In this document: positions 14,952-24,495 of the stretch, in pieces
Layout of the letters: the number at the start of each line of letters is the position of its first letter
How positions within the stretch are numbered: the first letter of the stretch is position 1
Origin: Lingula anatina
Lineage: Eukaryota > Animalia > Brachiopoda
Assembly: GCA_051362555.1 (NCBI GenBank)
Contig: CM120640.1
Coordinates: 33,933,967-33,997,966 of the forward strand
Direction: 5' to 3'
Length of the DNA: 64,000 nucleotides
Translations under genes and position numbers: made by a program
The notes under the pieces: generated by a model
What the model saw: only the letters and a program-made list of their open reading frames with translations
Told to the model about the DNA's origin: nothing
Database searches by the model: none

Positions 14952-15301
14952 AATGCAGTGAGTGTTTAGATGTGTATTAATTACATTTTAATCTATAGCA
15001 CCGAGACATATATAATACAATAAATTGTAATGATGACTGTCAATTAATGTAATGCTTGTATTAATGTTCTCCTTTTAGACACATGTTACGATGCTGACGG
15101 CAGGAAAAAACGGGCTGTGGTTGGCGACAGTTATGTGTATGCCCTATACGTTGCTGGAGGAAATGAGTATGTTCTATACCCATGTACCCCCTATGAATTT
15201 AGCCTAGCAGCCTGTGATTGTGTTGTTGATCAGTCCGGACTTCCTCCTGCTTGTCGGTGTAAGTTTAGCTTCTGAATCAATACATAGAATTCTATGTTTT
15301 A

Positions 15302-15350
<49 letters not shown>

Positions 15351-16126
15351 AAAGGGGTTGTGAAAATTGTACTCTTTACAAAAAAAAATACAAACTTTTA
15401 GAAATTGATAATTTTTGTAGCATGGTGTGGAAAAAAATTTAAGTTAAAAAAAATATGATGCTTTTGAAAAATGTTTGCATTTTTTTCTCTTGAATAACGT
15501 TATCCTGTCCATCCAATCTTAATATGTCACATGTGTATATCCTGTTCATTTATTATCTTACCATTGTATATTGCAGTCCCCAATAACATTGGTTGCTTCC
15601 CATTCGATGTGGACTATAAGGACCAATCAGGTCACATAAGTTGGTTGGATAAGGGGTCGACTTTTATCCAACAAGATGATGCTGTCCACGGTGGTGCTGT
15701 GCAATTTGACGGAAACACCGATATCGAAATCCCTGCCTTCAGTAACTCCGATCTCGGTTTGGAGTTTTCCGTCTGCGTGTGGTTCAAGTACACTGCAGGA
15801 GACAGTGATGATAGAATGCGAGGCATAGTCAACAACGGAGACTGTGACAACGAGCCCTCGTATAACATCCGTATTGATGGTGGCATCAGTGGAAGCGTTG
15901 GTGCTGGCGTTATTTCAACAGGGTCACATCAAAGAAAGGCGTATGAGGATATATTGGTACTTAGAATTATTTCAATTTTGATCACATCTCCTTCATTATG
16001 TGTTTTTTGACTAATAGAGATAAAGAAATAAGTGAAAGTTATTATATTGAATGTTGTGTGCTTTTGATTGACTATTGTATATACGTAATCACTGTTTGTA
16101 TGATGTACTCTTCCACAGAAAATTGT

Positions 16127-16182
<56 letters not shown>

Positions 16183-17237
16183 GTGATGTTTTGGGTGTTT
16201 CCTCTCAAACAATGTACAAATTAGATAATGGAAATCTGGATAGACAATAATGTTTTTCATCAAGAAGATACTTTATATCATCACAGCATTGATCGTATTC
16301 AAAAGTGTCTATTGTCATGTTTTTTAGACTGCCAAAAACGAATGGCACCACACATGTTTGGTGAAGGAAGTAGATAAAGTCCTATTCTATTTGGATGGAG
16401 TCAGTCAGGGCATTGCTAACAACGACGCCATTGGTGAGTGCCAAACAGACAAATTATGAATTTGAAATTTTAGCGATACACATGCACGCACACCCATGTA
16501 CTGTAATTGATGAATTTTTTTTTTTCAAAAATTGGTTTGGGTTCAAAAGATCAAATTTTTTGGCATATTTGTATGATATACAGATGAGTGTATTATACAT
16601 TTAAGGATTATAAAAAAATCAAGATGGTTAGAAGAATATGTTTTCTTTTATTTTTATAAGCGTATTTAACCTGGAATCAGTGATATATCTTGATATTAAA
16701 CTGTGACTCATATATATATGTTATATCATTCTATTTTTATTAAGGTGATCTAATAAGCAACCCTGTCCCTATGATTTTGGGCCGTACCATTTACTGTGAA
16801 CTGAATGAAAATGCCCATAGCTTCTTCATAGGGAAGATGGATGAGGCAAGTGAAACGTATTTTTTGTCTTTTTTGGAAATGTTTTGTCTTTTGTACACTG
16901 TACATAAAAGCTATTTTTTATAAATTTTGATAAAAGATAAAGCCTATCTACAAATAGTTATCTTTTCAATAATCCAGTTCAAATCTCCTCTTAAAGAAAA
17001 TTCATTAAAGATTCCTTATTTTGTAAGCTGTATGTCCCTTTTGTATCAGAAGCAAATACAGTGCTTTTTTAATCCTCCCTTCTACCCATGTACAGTGTGC
17101 AGTAAATTAACCCTCATTTATGTCAGAAAATTTCCTTATTTGTGGATTAAATGTATACATTTTTATTTCAGCTGGTTATCTTCAAGTCGGCTCTGAGCCA
17201 GGCAGATGTGTTAGCAGTAAAGGATGGATTTAATTAA
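479..17237 (+). CDS. Gene 1 (5'-partial, 27 exons in window): large extracellular protein, TILa-EGF-(Sushi/CCP)x18-CBM14-like x3-LamG3; zonadhesin/FCGBP-like upstream with Pif/BMSP-like C-terminus
   Basis: Continuous reading frame through GT(GC)-AG exons from 479 to stop TAA at 17235-17237. Cys patterns match EGF, CCP and ChtBD2; LamG3 motifs present (FSVCVWFK, WHHTCLV, YLDG, FIGKMDELVIF..ALS). The start codon lies upstream of the window. Confidence 0.85.
680..867 (+). mobile_element. MITE, CAGGGG(C/T)GGAT-type TIR family, copy 1
   Basis: Ends CAGGAGTGGAT...ATCCACCTCTG; flanks ATACA/GTACA; homologous (inverted) to 14403-14552. Confidence 0.7.
1127..6098 (+). CDS. Gene 1 Sushi/CCP array 1: 8 phase 1-1 exons alternating A/B
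   Basis: Exons 1127-1318, 1752-1940, 2518-2706, 3141-3329, 3904-4092, 4527-4715, 5289-5477, 5910-6098. Each reads GCPxPM..NG..DY..V.VGT.V.Y.C..G..M....I.C...G.YD..PA.C with AG/GT borders. Confidence 0.9.
1200..6104. repeat. Tandem exon+intron repeat, ~1386-bp unit, ~3.5 copies
   Basis: B exons start at 1752, 3141, 4527, 5910 (spacing 1389, 1386, 1383); introns nearly identical between copies. Left boundary approximate. Confidence 0.95.
2381..2426 (+). pseudogene. Decayed, truncated Sushi exon remnant (copies at 3767-3812 and 5153-5198)
   Basis: ttcattctag|AATCTG-ATGTCCACTCCCAATGCCTGGAGTAAATGCTGGTCATGAT encodes (G)CPLPMPGVNAGHD after restoring a 1-nt deletion; no donor or 3' half. Confidence 0.75.
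6128..12745. repeat. Tandem exon+intron repeat, ~1387-bp unit, ~5 copies
   Basis: C exons start at 6309, 7700, 9084, 10467, 11856 (spacing 1391, 1384, 1383, 1389); introns highly similar. Confidence 0.95.
6309..12675 (+). CDS. Gene 1 Sushi/CCP array 2: 10 phase 1-1 exons alternating C/D
   Basis: Exons 6309-6503, 6937-7131, 7700-7897, 8330-8524, 9084-9281, 9714-9908, 10467-10664, 11097-11291, 11856-12053, 12481-12675; four-Cys CCP pattern, AG/GT borders. Confidence 0.9.
12940..12951 (+). CDS. Gene 1 12-nt microexon (PTVS linker)
   Basis: Long pyrimidine tract tttctactccttttttcag|CTACAGTCTCAA|gtaagt; phase 1-1, frame-preserving. Confidence 0.65.
13366..13596 (+). CDS. Gene 1 exon: chitin-binding type-2 (CBM14/peritrophin-A) domain 1
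   Basis: C..GPGYYEDPNDCGRFVQC..SACPGNLLWSQSELTC; ttccag| and |gtgagg borders. Confidence 0.85.
14113..14325 (+). CDS. Gene 1 exon: chitin-binding type-2 domain 2 + Pro/Thr linker
   Basis: KCETGYYSDPTNCAAYYQCSPAGAVRMCCPGNTMWGGSGCIFRDASCTDVCSTPVTPTVAPPTLPP (frame missing from the ORF track); cacag| and |gtaggt. Confidence 0.85.
14345..14727. mobile_element. Old foldback MITE with long imperfect arms, interrupted by a nested MITE
   Basis: Left arm GTGTTCACAGTAAAAG..AGTCCAGC..[insert]..CTTAAGTGCACTCAATGTAAT is the reverse complement of right arm ATTACATTGAGTGCACTTAAG..GCTGGACT..CTTTTAGTCTGAACAC. Confidence 0.65.
14403..14552 (-). mobile_element. MITE, same family as 680-867, inverted orientation
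   Basis: CGGGGGCGGATC...AATCTGCCCCTG ends; flanks ATACT/ATATT; internal sequence aligns to the reverse complement of 680-867. Confidence 0.72.
14911..14947. repeat. (GT)n microsatellite
   Basis: Pure GT dinucleotide run. Confidence 0.95.
15079..15258 (+). CDS. Gene 1 exon: degenerate CBM14-like domain containing RKKR
   Basis: DTCYDADGRKKRAVVGDSYVYALYVAGGNEYVLYPCTPYEFSLAACDCVVDQSGLPPACR; ttttag| and |gtaagt. Confidence 0.8.
15305..15349. repeat. poly(T) tract
   Basis: ~45 consecutive T. Confidence 0.95.
15577..17237 (+). CDS. Gene 1 C-terminal LamG3 / concanavalin-A-like (pentraxin-like) domain, 4 exons
   Basis: Exons 15577-15956, 16328-16433, 16745-16845 (GC donor), 17172-17237 (stop); CFPFD..YKDQSG, GAVQFDG, FSVCVWFK, NEWHHTCLV, FYLDG, FFIGKMDE/LVIFKSALSQADV. 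Confidence 0.87.
16130..16178. repeat. (TA)n microsatellite
   Basis: Pure TA run. Confidence 0.95.
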
Positions 17238-17392
17238 ACATTGAAAGTCATGATGCTTAAAAGAAAGCTCTATAAATTTTATATTGTCACTGCGCAGATG
17301 AAGACGAACACCAAGGACACAAATCAATATTGAAAGTGAACAGATAATTGCAGACTTTTCATCTTTGCAATTGATTACCTTGCGCAGAAAAT

Positions 17393-17419
17393 AATAAATT
17401 AAAGTTATTGCCAAATAAA
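17393..17419 (+). terminator. Candidate polyadenylation signals of gene 1
   Basis: AATAAA at 17393-17398 and 17414-17419, followed by a T/GT-rich tract, ~160 nt after the stop. Confidence 0.55.
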
Positions 17420-17806
17420 ATACTGCGCATTGAACTTGAGTTTTTGTTTAGTTCTTACTATTACAGTACTTTGTACAGCGGTTTGTTACACAGAAAGCCA
17501 CCCAGCCAATAAATTTTCTCTTTTTCCATCTTAGTAAAACGAGAAAATAGCAGTGAAAACTTTACTGTTGAATACCATTTAAAAAAGTCAAGAGGGCCTT
17601 TGTGTTTCAAATAAATAAAAAAACCATATTCTTCAAGCAAAAGTGAAGTATCCCACATAGAATTTCAATATAGATATTTTCGTTGAACTTGTATTTGTCT
17701 ATGCATAGTTTGAGATGTTTCAAGATATTTGTCAGCTTTCCTTTCTTTGAATTCAGAAGCATAACACGTATACGATTCATCTGTTGTTCAATCAACCATC
17801 ACTACT

Positions 17807-18080
17807 CAGTGACGGATTTGGAGGGGGGGTCTTGACCCCCCCTCCCCCCCTTCGGTTTCTGGCAAATATATCACACCCCTCTTGAAATTAAATTTTGGAC
17901 TAGCTAAATCATAGTTCTAAACCGTACCAAAGGGCACTGTTTGCTCTCCAGAAAACCAAAAAAATTTCGGGGCCGTTGAGCAGGCCCGAAACCCCACACC
18001 AAGGGGGCGATGGTCGGCTTTGCATCCGAGGTCTGTCGTTCCGGATCCACCCCCTTCAAATAATCCTGGATCCGCCCCTG
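17807..18080. mobile_element. MITE-like element with CAG(T/G)G(A/G)CGGAT termini
   Basis: CAGTGACGGATTTGG...CCTGGATCCGCCCCTG imperfect TIR; G/C-run-rich interior; no clear TSD. Confidence 0.6.
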
Positions 18081-18476
18081 TTAACAGTCTGATTGGAAAA
18101 TAAGTCAGTCGACAAAATAAATAAAGAGACAAAGCGAGTTTTTCAGTAGTCATACTAGAACCCACCAAATGTATTCGGTCCTTGTTACATGTACTCATGC
18201 ATATTTTGATGTTTTATCAAGGGCCTGACCACATGAAAGACGCATCGAAAATCTGGTACAAGTTGTTATATATATATATATATAAGACTATGAGAAATTC
18301 AAAATGATATGATTCACACATCATTGACGCCTCGCGTCTTTGTTCGCGTTAAACACCTACTTCTGATTCCATGAATGGCGAACGTGGGCTTGATGCTAAA
18401 ATTTTATTTTAGTCAGCAGGCCAATTCCCCTAACTGAGCAAAATGCATCGTAGCATAGCAGTAGACCTTATCGATT

Positions 18477-18514
18477 TGTGTGTGTGTGTGTGTGTGTGCG
18501 TGTGTGTGTGTGTG
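18477..18514. repeat. (GT)n microsatellite
   Basis: GT run with one interruption. Confidence 0.95.
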
Positions 18515-18673
18515 TAAAGAAAGACACCCAATGCTGATTTTTCAGAATAATTTTCACATAGGGAAAACAGGTGCAACGGGAATGGAAGTCCGGGCTCCCA
18601 TATGATTAGTACAGGTTAGGGTTAATTGGAGTATTGGGGTAAGTATATGGAGGACTGTCACCGGTACAAAGTA

Positions 18674-19120
18674 CAGGGCCGTAGCCTCCGGGGGGGCAGT
18701 GGGGGCAGTTGCCCCCCTGGGATTTGAGGTGCAAACAAATAATCGCAAAGGTGAATAAAAATAATTGCAAAGTTGGTATCAATTCTGTGAGAAAATGCGC
18801 TCATGGCCACTAGACAATCATTCAACAATCTGTTTACAAAGGTGTAGTTTATAGACAATCTACGAAATGAAGTACAATTGGCATGTTGTGTTGAAAAAAT
18901 GACTGTACCTATGGCAAAATGAACCCACAATTTCTGACTTCTGATTTAGCAATAAATAATAGTTAAAATACGCCAGAATTCAGTATTATACATACAGTTT
19001 TTAAAAATTTTCCACACCGTGGGAGGGGGACCCCCACACACACACCCTCCCCCCTCAGGGGCTTCGCCCCCTTGTGTCCGCTTACTGCCCCCCTGGCATT
19101 TTGCTCAGGCTACGGCCCTG
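18674..19120. mobile_element. MITE with perfect 14-bp TIR and 5-bp TSD
   Basis: CAGGGCCGTAGCCT...AGGCTACGGCCCTG; flanked by AAGTA on both sides. Confidence 0.88.
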
Positions 19121-19411
19121 AAGTAGTGGGAAGCGGACTCACATTCCTGTTGTTACACCTGGGCTTCATGTCTAGTAGGCCCAGTTAGACACTTTTGGCC
19201 TTGTAGAGTATCGTATGTGACATCGAATATTTGCACGACTTTGAGCATATGAAGGTATCTGTATATAATCACCACCGGGTTTATTGAACATTCGTGAACA
19301 GTTTCAGTAACAGCCTCTCATCTAAAATGAGCTATACCTGTTGTTATTTGCATAACAACAAGTTGTTCATCGTAGTGCGAGCTGTCTTCCCGAATGCTCA
19401 CTTGGCAGTTA

Positions 19412-19623
19412 TACCCCCTTTACACTGGACGGCGTCCTTTCTGCGTCCTCTCTGCGACCATGAAATTTGGCATCGCTGTGGTCTTAATAAGGAGGCACGA
19501 GCATTAATTTTGTATCAGAATGAATGCTCAATGATCGGCCAGTTGTCGGCACGTAAAATATTTATCTCAAATGGGGCCGTACTGCTGGACGCAGAAAGGA
19601 CGCCGTCCAGTGTAAAGGGGGCT
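19412..19623. mobile_element. Harbinger/Tourist-like MITE with 35-bp perfect inverted repeat
   Basis: CCCCCTTTACACTGGACGGCGTCCTTTCTGCGTCC and its exact reverse complement; TTA on both flanks. Confidence 0.85.
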
Positions 19624-20635
19624 TTAGACAGAGTCGAGTGTAGACGCAACAGCATGTATGGTGCAGTCAGAAGGTCGAGCTTTTATAATGCGTAGAAGCA
19701 AATGTACGAATGTGAGTATAAATCTTTCTTTATCAACCACAGCCATTAAATACTAAATGTGCAGAAGAATGAGGAAAATATTTACGGCAAATATTTATGA
19801 CACGAATCCTTTTACTATATTCCCATTGTTACTTGTATCACTATGTCACTGAGAAAACAAGTAGAAATTATTGCTTTCAGTGCATTGGGACTCCAAATGT
19901 TCAGGATAAGCGGCACATTCATCTAACTTTTGATGATAACCTAAGTTTGCTTGAAATCCTCTGCACTTTGTAACCCTCTTTTTGAACATTTTGTGTGCCC
20001 CGGTCTTGACAATTAATTTTGAATATTTTGACCTAATTTAAAATGTCGTGTGTGTTTAAAAGTAAAATATAACCACCCAAATTAATTAATTGGATGATGC
20101 TTGTCACCGTTCTCAGCTTCTGATTCACGGTTTTATTTTTTTCAGGAGCTCAACGAGATTCTGCACAGCATCCGCCTGAAAGCAAACTATGAAGTCTGTC
20201 CTGTTTCACACACAGGAATCCACGCTCCTTCGTACATCTATTATATTAAAACTCAATAAAAACCTTTTGTAATTTGACGTTTATTTTTCACTTTGTTATG
20301 AAATTATTATGATAAGGATAGTAGTAATTATAATGGAAAATGGGTTATTTTAGTGTTTGAGGACTTTCAAATTCAATCTGATGCCAATGTTTTTGTGGTT
20401 GACGGTTTTCTGTGGTACCTAAATTTTAAATAGTTGTAAAATGACCGGTATTTTCTAAATAACCCCTCCAAGCTGTTTTAGTGCAATGAAACAAAATATC
20501 TAAAATGGTTTCCAACAACCAACATTTTATAGTTTAAATATATATAAATTTACAATCCTGGTTTTTAAAAAATTCACATGAGATTTTTGTTCTATAGCAT
20601 GTGGAACTAATTTGTTTGGATATAATATTTCCTGT

Positions 20636-21272
20636 ATGGACTCTCCCCACCTGTCACCCCTCTGTTGCAATGGACTCGCCCCACTTGTCACCCCTCTTAT
20701 GCAATGGACTCGCCCCACCTGTCACCCCTCTAATGCAATGGACTCGACCCACCCATCACCCCCTCTGATGCAATGGACTCGCCCCACCTGTCACCCCCTG
20801 ATGTGATGGACTCCTCCCACCCATCACCCCTCTTATGCAATGGACTCGCCCCTCCTATCACCCCTCTGATGCAATGGACTCGCCCCACCTGTCACCCCCT
20901 GATGTGATGGACTCGTCCCACCCATCACCCCTCTTATACAATGGACTCGCCCCACCTGTCACCCCTCTTATGCAGTGGACTCGCCCCACCTGTCACCCCT
21001 CTAATGCAATGCACTCGCCCCACCCATCACCCCTTTGATGCAATGGACTCGCCCCACCTGTCACACCCCTGATGCAATGGACTCGTCCCACCCATCACCC
21101 CCTCTAATGCAATGGACTCGCCCTACCCATCACCCCTTTGATGCAATGGACTCGTCCCACCCATTACCCCTCTAATGCAATGGACTTGCCCCACCTGGCA
21201 CCCCTCTAATGCAATGGACTCACCCACCTGACACCCCTCTAATGGAATGGAATCGCCCCACATGACACCCCT
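20636..21272. repeat. Minisatellite, ~34-bp unit, ~19 copies
   Basis: Consensus GCAATGGACTCGCCCCACCTGTCACCCCTCTAAT, head-to-tail, no spacers. Confidence 0.95.
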
Positions 21273-22449
21273 TTATTCAGAATAGAGTTATGACTTTCTT
21301 CAGATTGAGTGGATTTTCTCCACTAAACACCTCAATTTCTCCCCCAATTTGTCTATCAGATGACCGTGGCGTACTATTCAACCTTACTTGCATCAGTCAA
21401 GTCTTCACTGAGCAACCTTTTAACTACCCCTGTGTTAGCTGACCTTGTAAGCAATTTATTAGAATGAATTTTCCAAAATGAAGTTAAAACAATCCATTCA
21501 TTCATCACAAACGCCAATCAACTATTAGGATTTCTTGAAAACGCCTTTTTAATAATTTTGATAAACCTTATTACATAATTGAAGTCTATTTTTATAGGTT
21601 TTTGAAAAGCTTTTCATCATGTCGGTAATTTCGGGTAGGTACCGACTGCATGCGGGTTCTAAAATCCTCATCGCTCTAATCGCCGACCAACCCCAACCTC
21701 AATTTGTAATCAGCCACCAGGTGTAGTTAAAACAGCGTATGACGCAGGCTCGATGCCCAACATTATACCGACAGCGTAAGGCGCGACTACTGCGTGCTAT
21801 ATTGGTAAATATAACTGACACATGTCTTTTTATTTTTATAACATTGTTAGAACGTTTTAATACTAGATGTGCTGATTAAAGTTGCGCAAATTGTAGTGAT
21901 GCAAAATATGAAATCCTTTATGTGTCTTTGCCAAAATTAACAAAAAAAGTATATATATGTAACCTGTTATCAAAACGTTCTGTGTAAGCTGGGTATACGT
22001 TACCTTCATTGTTTTGCATGTGTTTTAACATGTGTTTTTAAAAAATCATTTATTAACAAGAGACCTTATATCTATTTAATCAGTGGATGTACCCCCTTTC
22101 ACAAGTTGTCCACATTTGCGCTTCCTGCCGTTTAATTAATTAATAATTGACGATGTTGAGCACGGAGGGTCCGTTTAGGTGACTCCGTTACGTTATAAAC
22201 TCATTTAGTGTATCACTTAAATATACCGCTCGAAGGCCTATGAAGACTTAGTTGATAGAGCTTGATAAATTTTTCCGGTAATTATTTAGAAATATTTCTG
22301 GATACTTATCGTCGATGTAATTGATGGTTAAATTATAATTTGAGGATTTGAAAGTTACTAATTTTCATATGCATCATATTTGTGTATATGCTATCCGCGT
22401 TTGAATACGTCCCAAAGTCACACTTGCTATGCCTGCACATCCTTCAAAG

Positions 22450-22630
22450 CTACTTATCTTTTCCTATTCAGACCGAAATAAGATAAAATCCCAAAAATAA
22501 AAAAAAAAAAACATATCGATATTTCTTTCTGAAATGTACAGGAAGCGATGGCGGTGTAAGTTATTGACCAGTCAATAGAAATGATATGAAGCATTCATTT
22601 TTTTAATTAGGACAGGAACAGGTCGAGAAA
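22450..22630 (+). repeat. Diverged interspersed repeat (second copy ~25560-25710)
   Basis: Shared TACTTATCTTTT...TCTGAAATGTACAGGAAG..ATGGCGGT..CCAGTCA..TAGAAAT. Confidence 0.55.
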
Positions 22631-23414
22631 TGATTTGTGAGTACAAGAAAAAGTTTTCGGAGAAAATTTAATTTGACTAGAAAAAAGGGATTATAATTTT
22701 GTCGAAAAATATCTTATGTCTCCCGTGTCCAGTCCCTGATCTGTGAACAGTACCAACCTTAACAGCAATCAGAAATTCCATTCCAGTTACATAATCCAAA
22801 CTCATAAGATTGTTACAGGATTGCTTTCGGAGTAAAGTTGGAAAGATTCTCCCAAACTATAAATAAAAACAAGAAAAAATCATTTAAAGGCCCAGCATAG
22901 GAGCAAAATACGTTTTTTCTTACTACATTTAAAGAAATATAACTAATGAAAGCGACTGCAGTTTAGACCATCGGTACTAGGACATTATTTCAATAGGTAT
23001 GCACCAACTAACATAACCTAACAAATGCGGACCCCCCTACCCAATCAAAAGAGCACGGACTATTCCCAAACAAAATGACGTCTCAGGGCCCATTCCCATA
23101 GACAGCATCGGTCTATGTAGATCGATCCAACTCTGCGAGAACTCTCGCTGGTTGCAATCAGCTTAACTGAATGACACGCCATAATATTGCTAGCGTTAAG
23201 TTAAATACAGAAAAGCTGATAATTATACGATTACGTTGGAAACAAAAGGAGGCCAGAATTTGAGAGAGAAAAAATTTAAACAAATGCACGGTTTACGCGA
23301 TCATACTCAGACATATTCGTCTTAACAACTGTGTTAAAGAACTATTCTGTAAACCAAGGGACTGTTTAAAGTATGCCCAATATCGATTTATTATATACCT
23401 CAGTATTACTCTAA

Positions 23415-23847
23415 CACCCCATTTCCATAGATTAGATCGACCTACTTTAGATCGACCTAACTCCCTGGGGGTTCACGCTAAATAGCTGTCAGCCGGGCGG
23501 ACACGAAAGTTAATTACCCCTTATAGCTCGTAGTAGGCGGGGACGGACACTTAAGGCGGATTATCTGACAGTAATCTAGTGAGACTCCCCGCGGTGATAG
23601 ATCGATCTAAAAGTTGTGAGAACAGAGCCTAACACCCCATTTCCATAGATTAGATCGACCTACTTTAGATCGACCTAACTCTCTGGGGGTTCACGCTAAA
23701 TAGCTGTCAGCCGGGCGGACACGAAAGTTAATTACCCCCTTATAGCTTGTAGTAGGCGGGACGGACATTTAAGTCGGATTATCTGAAAGTAATCTAGTGA
23801 GACTCCCCGCGGGGATAGATCGATCTAAAATCTATGGGAATAGAGCC
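23415..23847 (+). mobile_element. Two head-to-tail copies of a ~215-bp Tourist-like MITE (23415-23629, 23633-23847)
   Basis: TAA-[CACCCCATTTCCATAG...AGAGCC]-TAA-[copy]-TAA; same family at 33835-34048 and 39406-39602. Confidence 0.88.
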
Positions 23848-24333
23848 TAAAATAAAGCTTTCAGGCTTCGTAATCAACGAAAAGTAAATTAATTAAAATG
23901 CTGCGTTGCTTCCATCGGTATGATTGCAATAAACTCAACTTACAGATTCGGTCTATTTGGGCATTATGTGAACTCTATCAGCGTGCCAATGTAGATTATT
24001 CAATGTTGACTGAAAAAGAAAAATAATTAATGGGAAGAATTACATCCGCAATTTCATATGTTAGTTTCTATAGGTAACTTTTCTCTCCTCTTTTGAAGTA
24101 ATTAACATGCACCATGTCTTCATGTGTTTGCAATATGATTTATGCTTATTTCATGGATATGCAATGCACCTGAAAGGCACGTTCCCTGAAGGACGCATTA
24201 AAACCTTAATAAGGTTTAACTCAGAATGTTTGTTTATAACATCACGCAAGAGCTTCCAATAAACCTAGTCCAATATATTGTAAAGGAATATTAAAACAAG
24301 GCAGCGATTTTTTATTATTATTGATTGATTATT

Positions 24334-24495
24334 GATCCGGATCACCACCAAAAATTAATCACTTCTAAGTTAACCCATTTCCTACCAACCCTGAAAATTT
24401 CATCAAAATCGGTCCATAACTTTTTGAGTTATGTTGATGACAAACAAACAAACAGACAGACAGGGGTGAAAACATAACCTCCTTGGCGGAGGTAA
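24334..24495 (+). mobile_element. 3' end of a non-autonomous Helentron/HINE-like element
   Basis: GATCCGGATCACCACCAAAA..AAAATTTCATCAAAATCGGTCCATAACTTTTTGAGTTAT, then (CAAA)n/(CAGA)n microsatellite, then terminal hairpin ACCTCCTTGGCGGAGGT; related fragment ~32215-32315. Confidence 0.7.

Noticed and set aside
19294-19695. 133-aa ORF as an intergenic gene
   Set aside because: It spans a palindromic MITE, has a GTG start and shows no recognisable domain or splice context.
20636-21272. CRISPR-like array of ~34-bp repeats, and ORFs 20527-21038
   Set aside because: Units are contiguous with no unique spacers, there are no cas genes, and the context is eukaryotic. The ORFs are just translations of the minisatellite.
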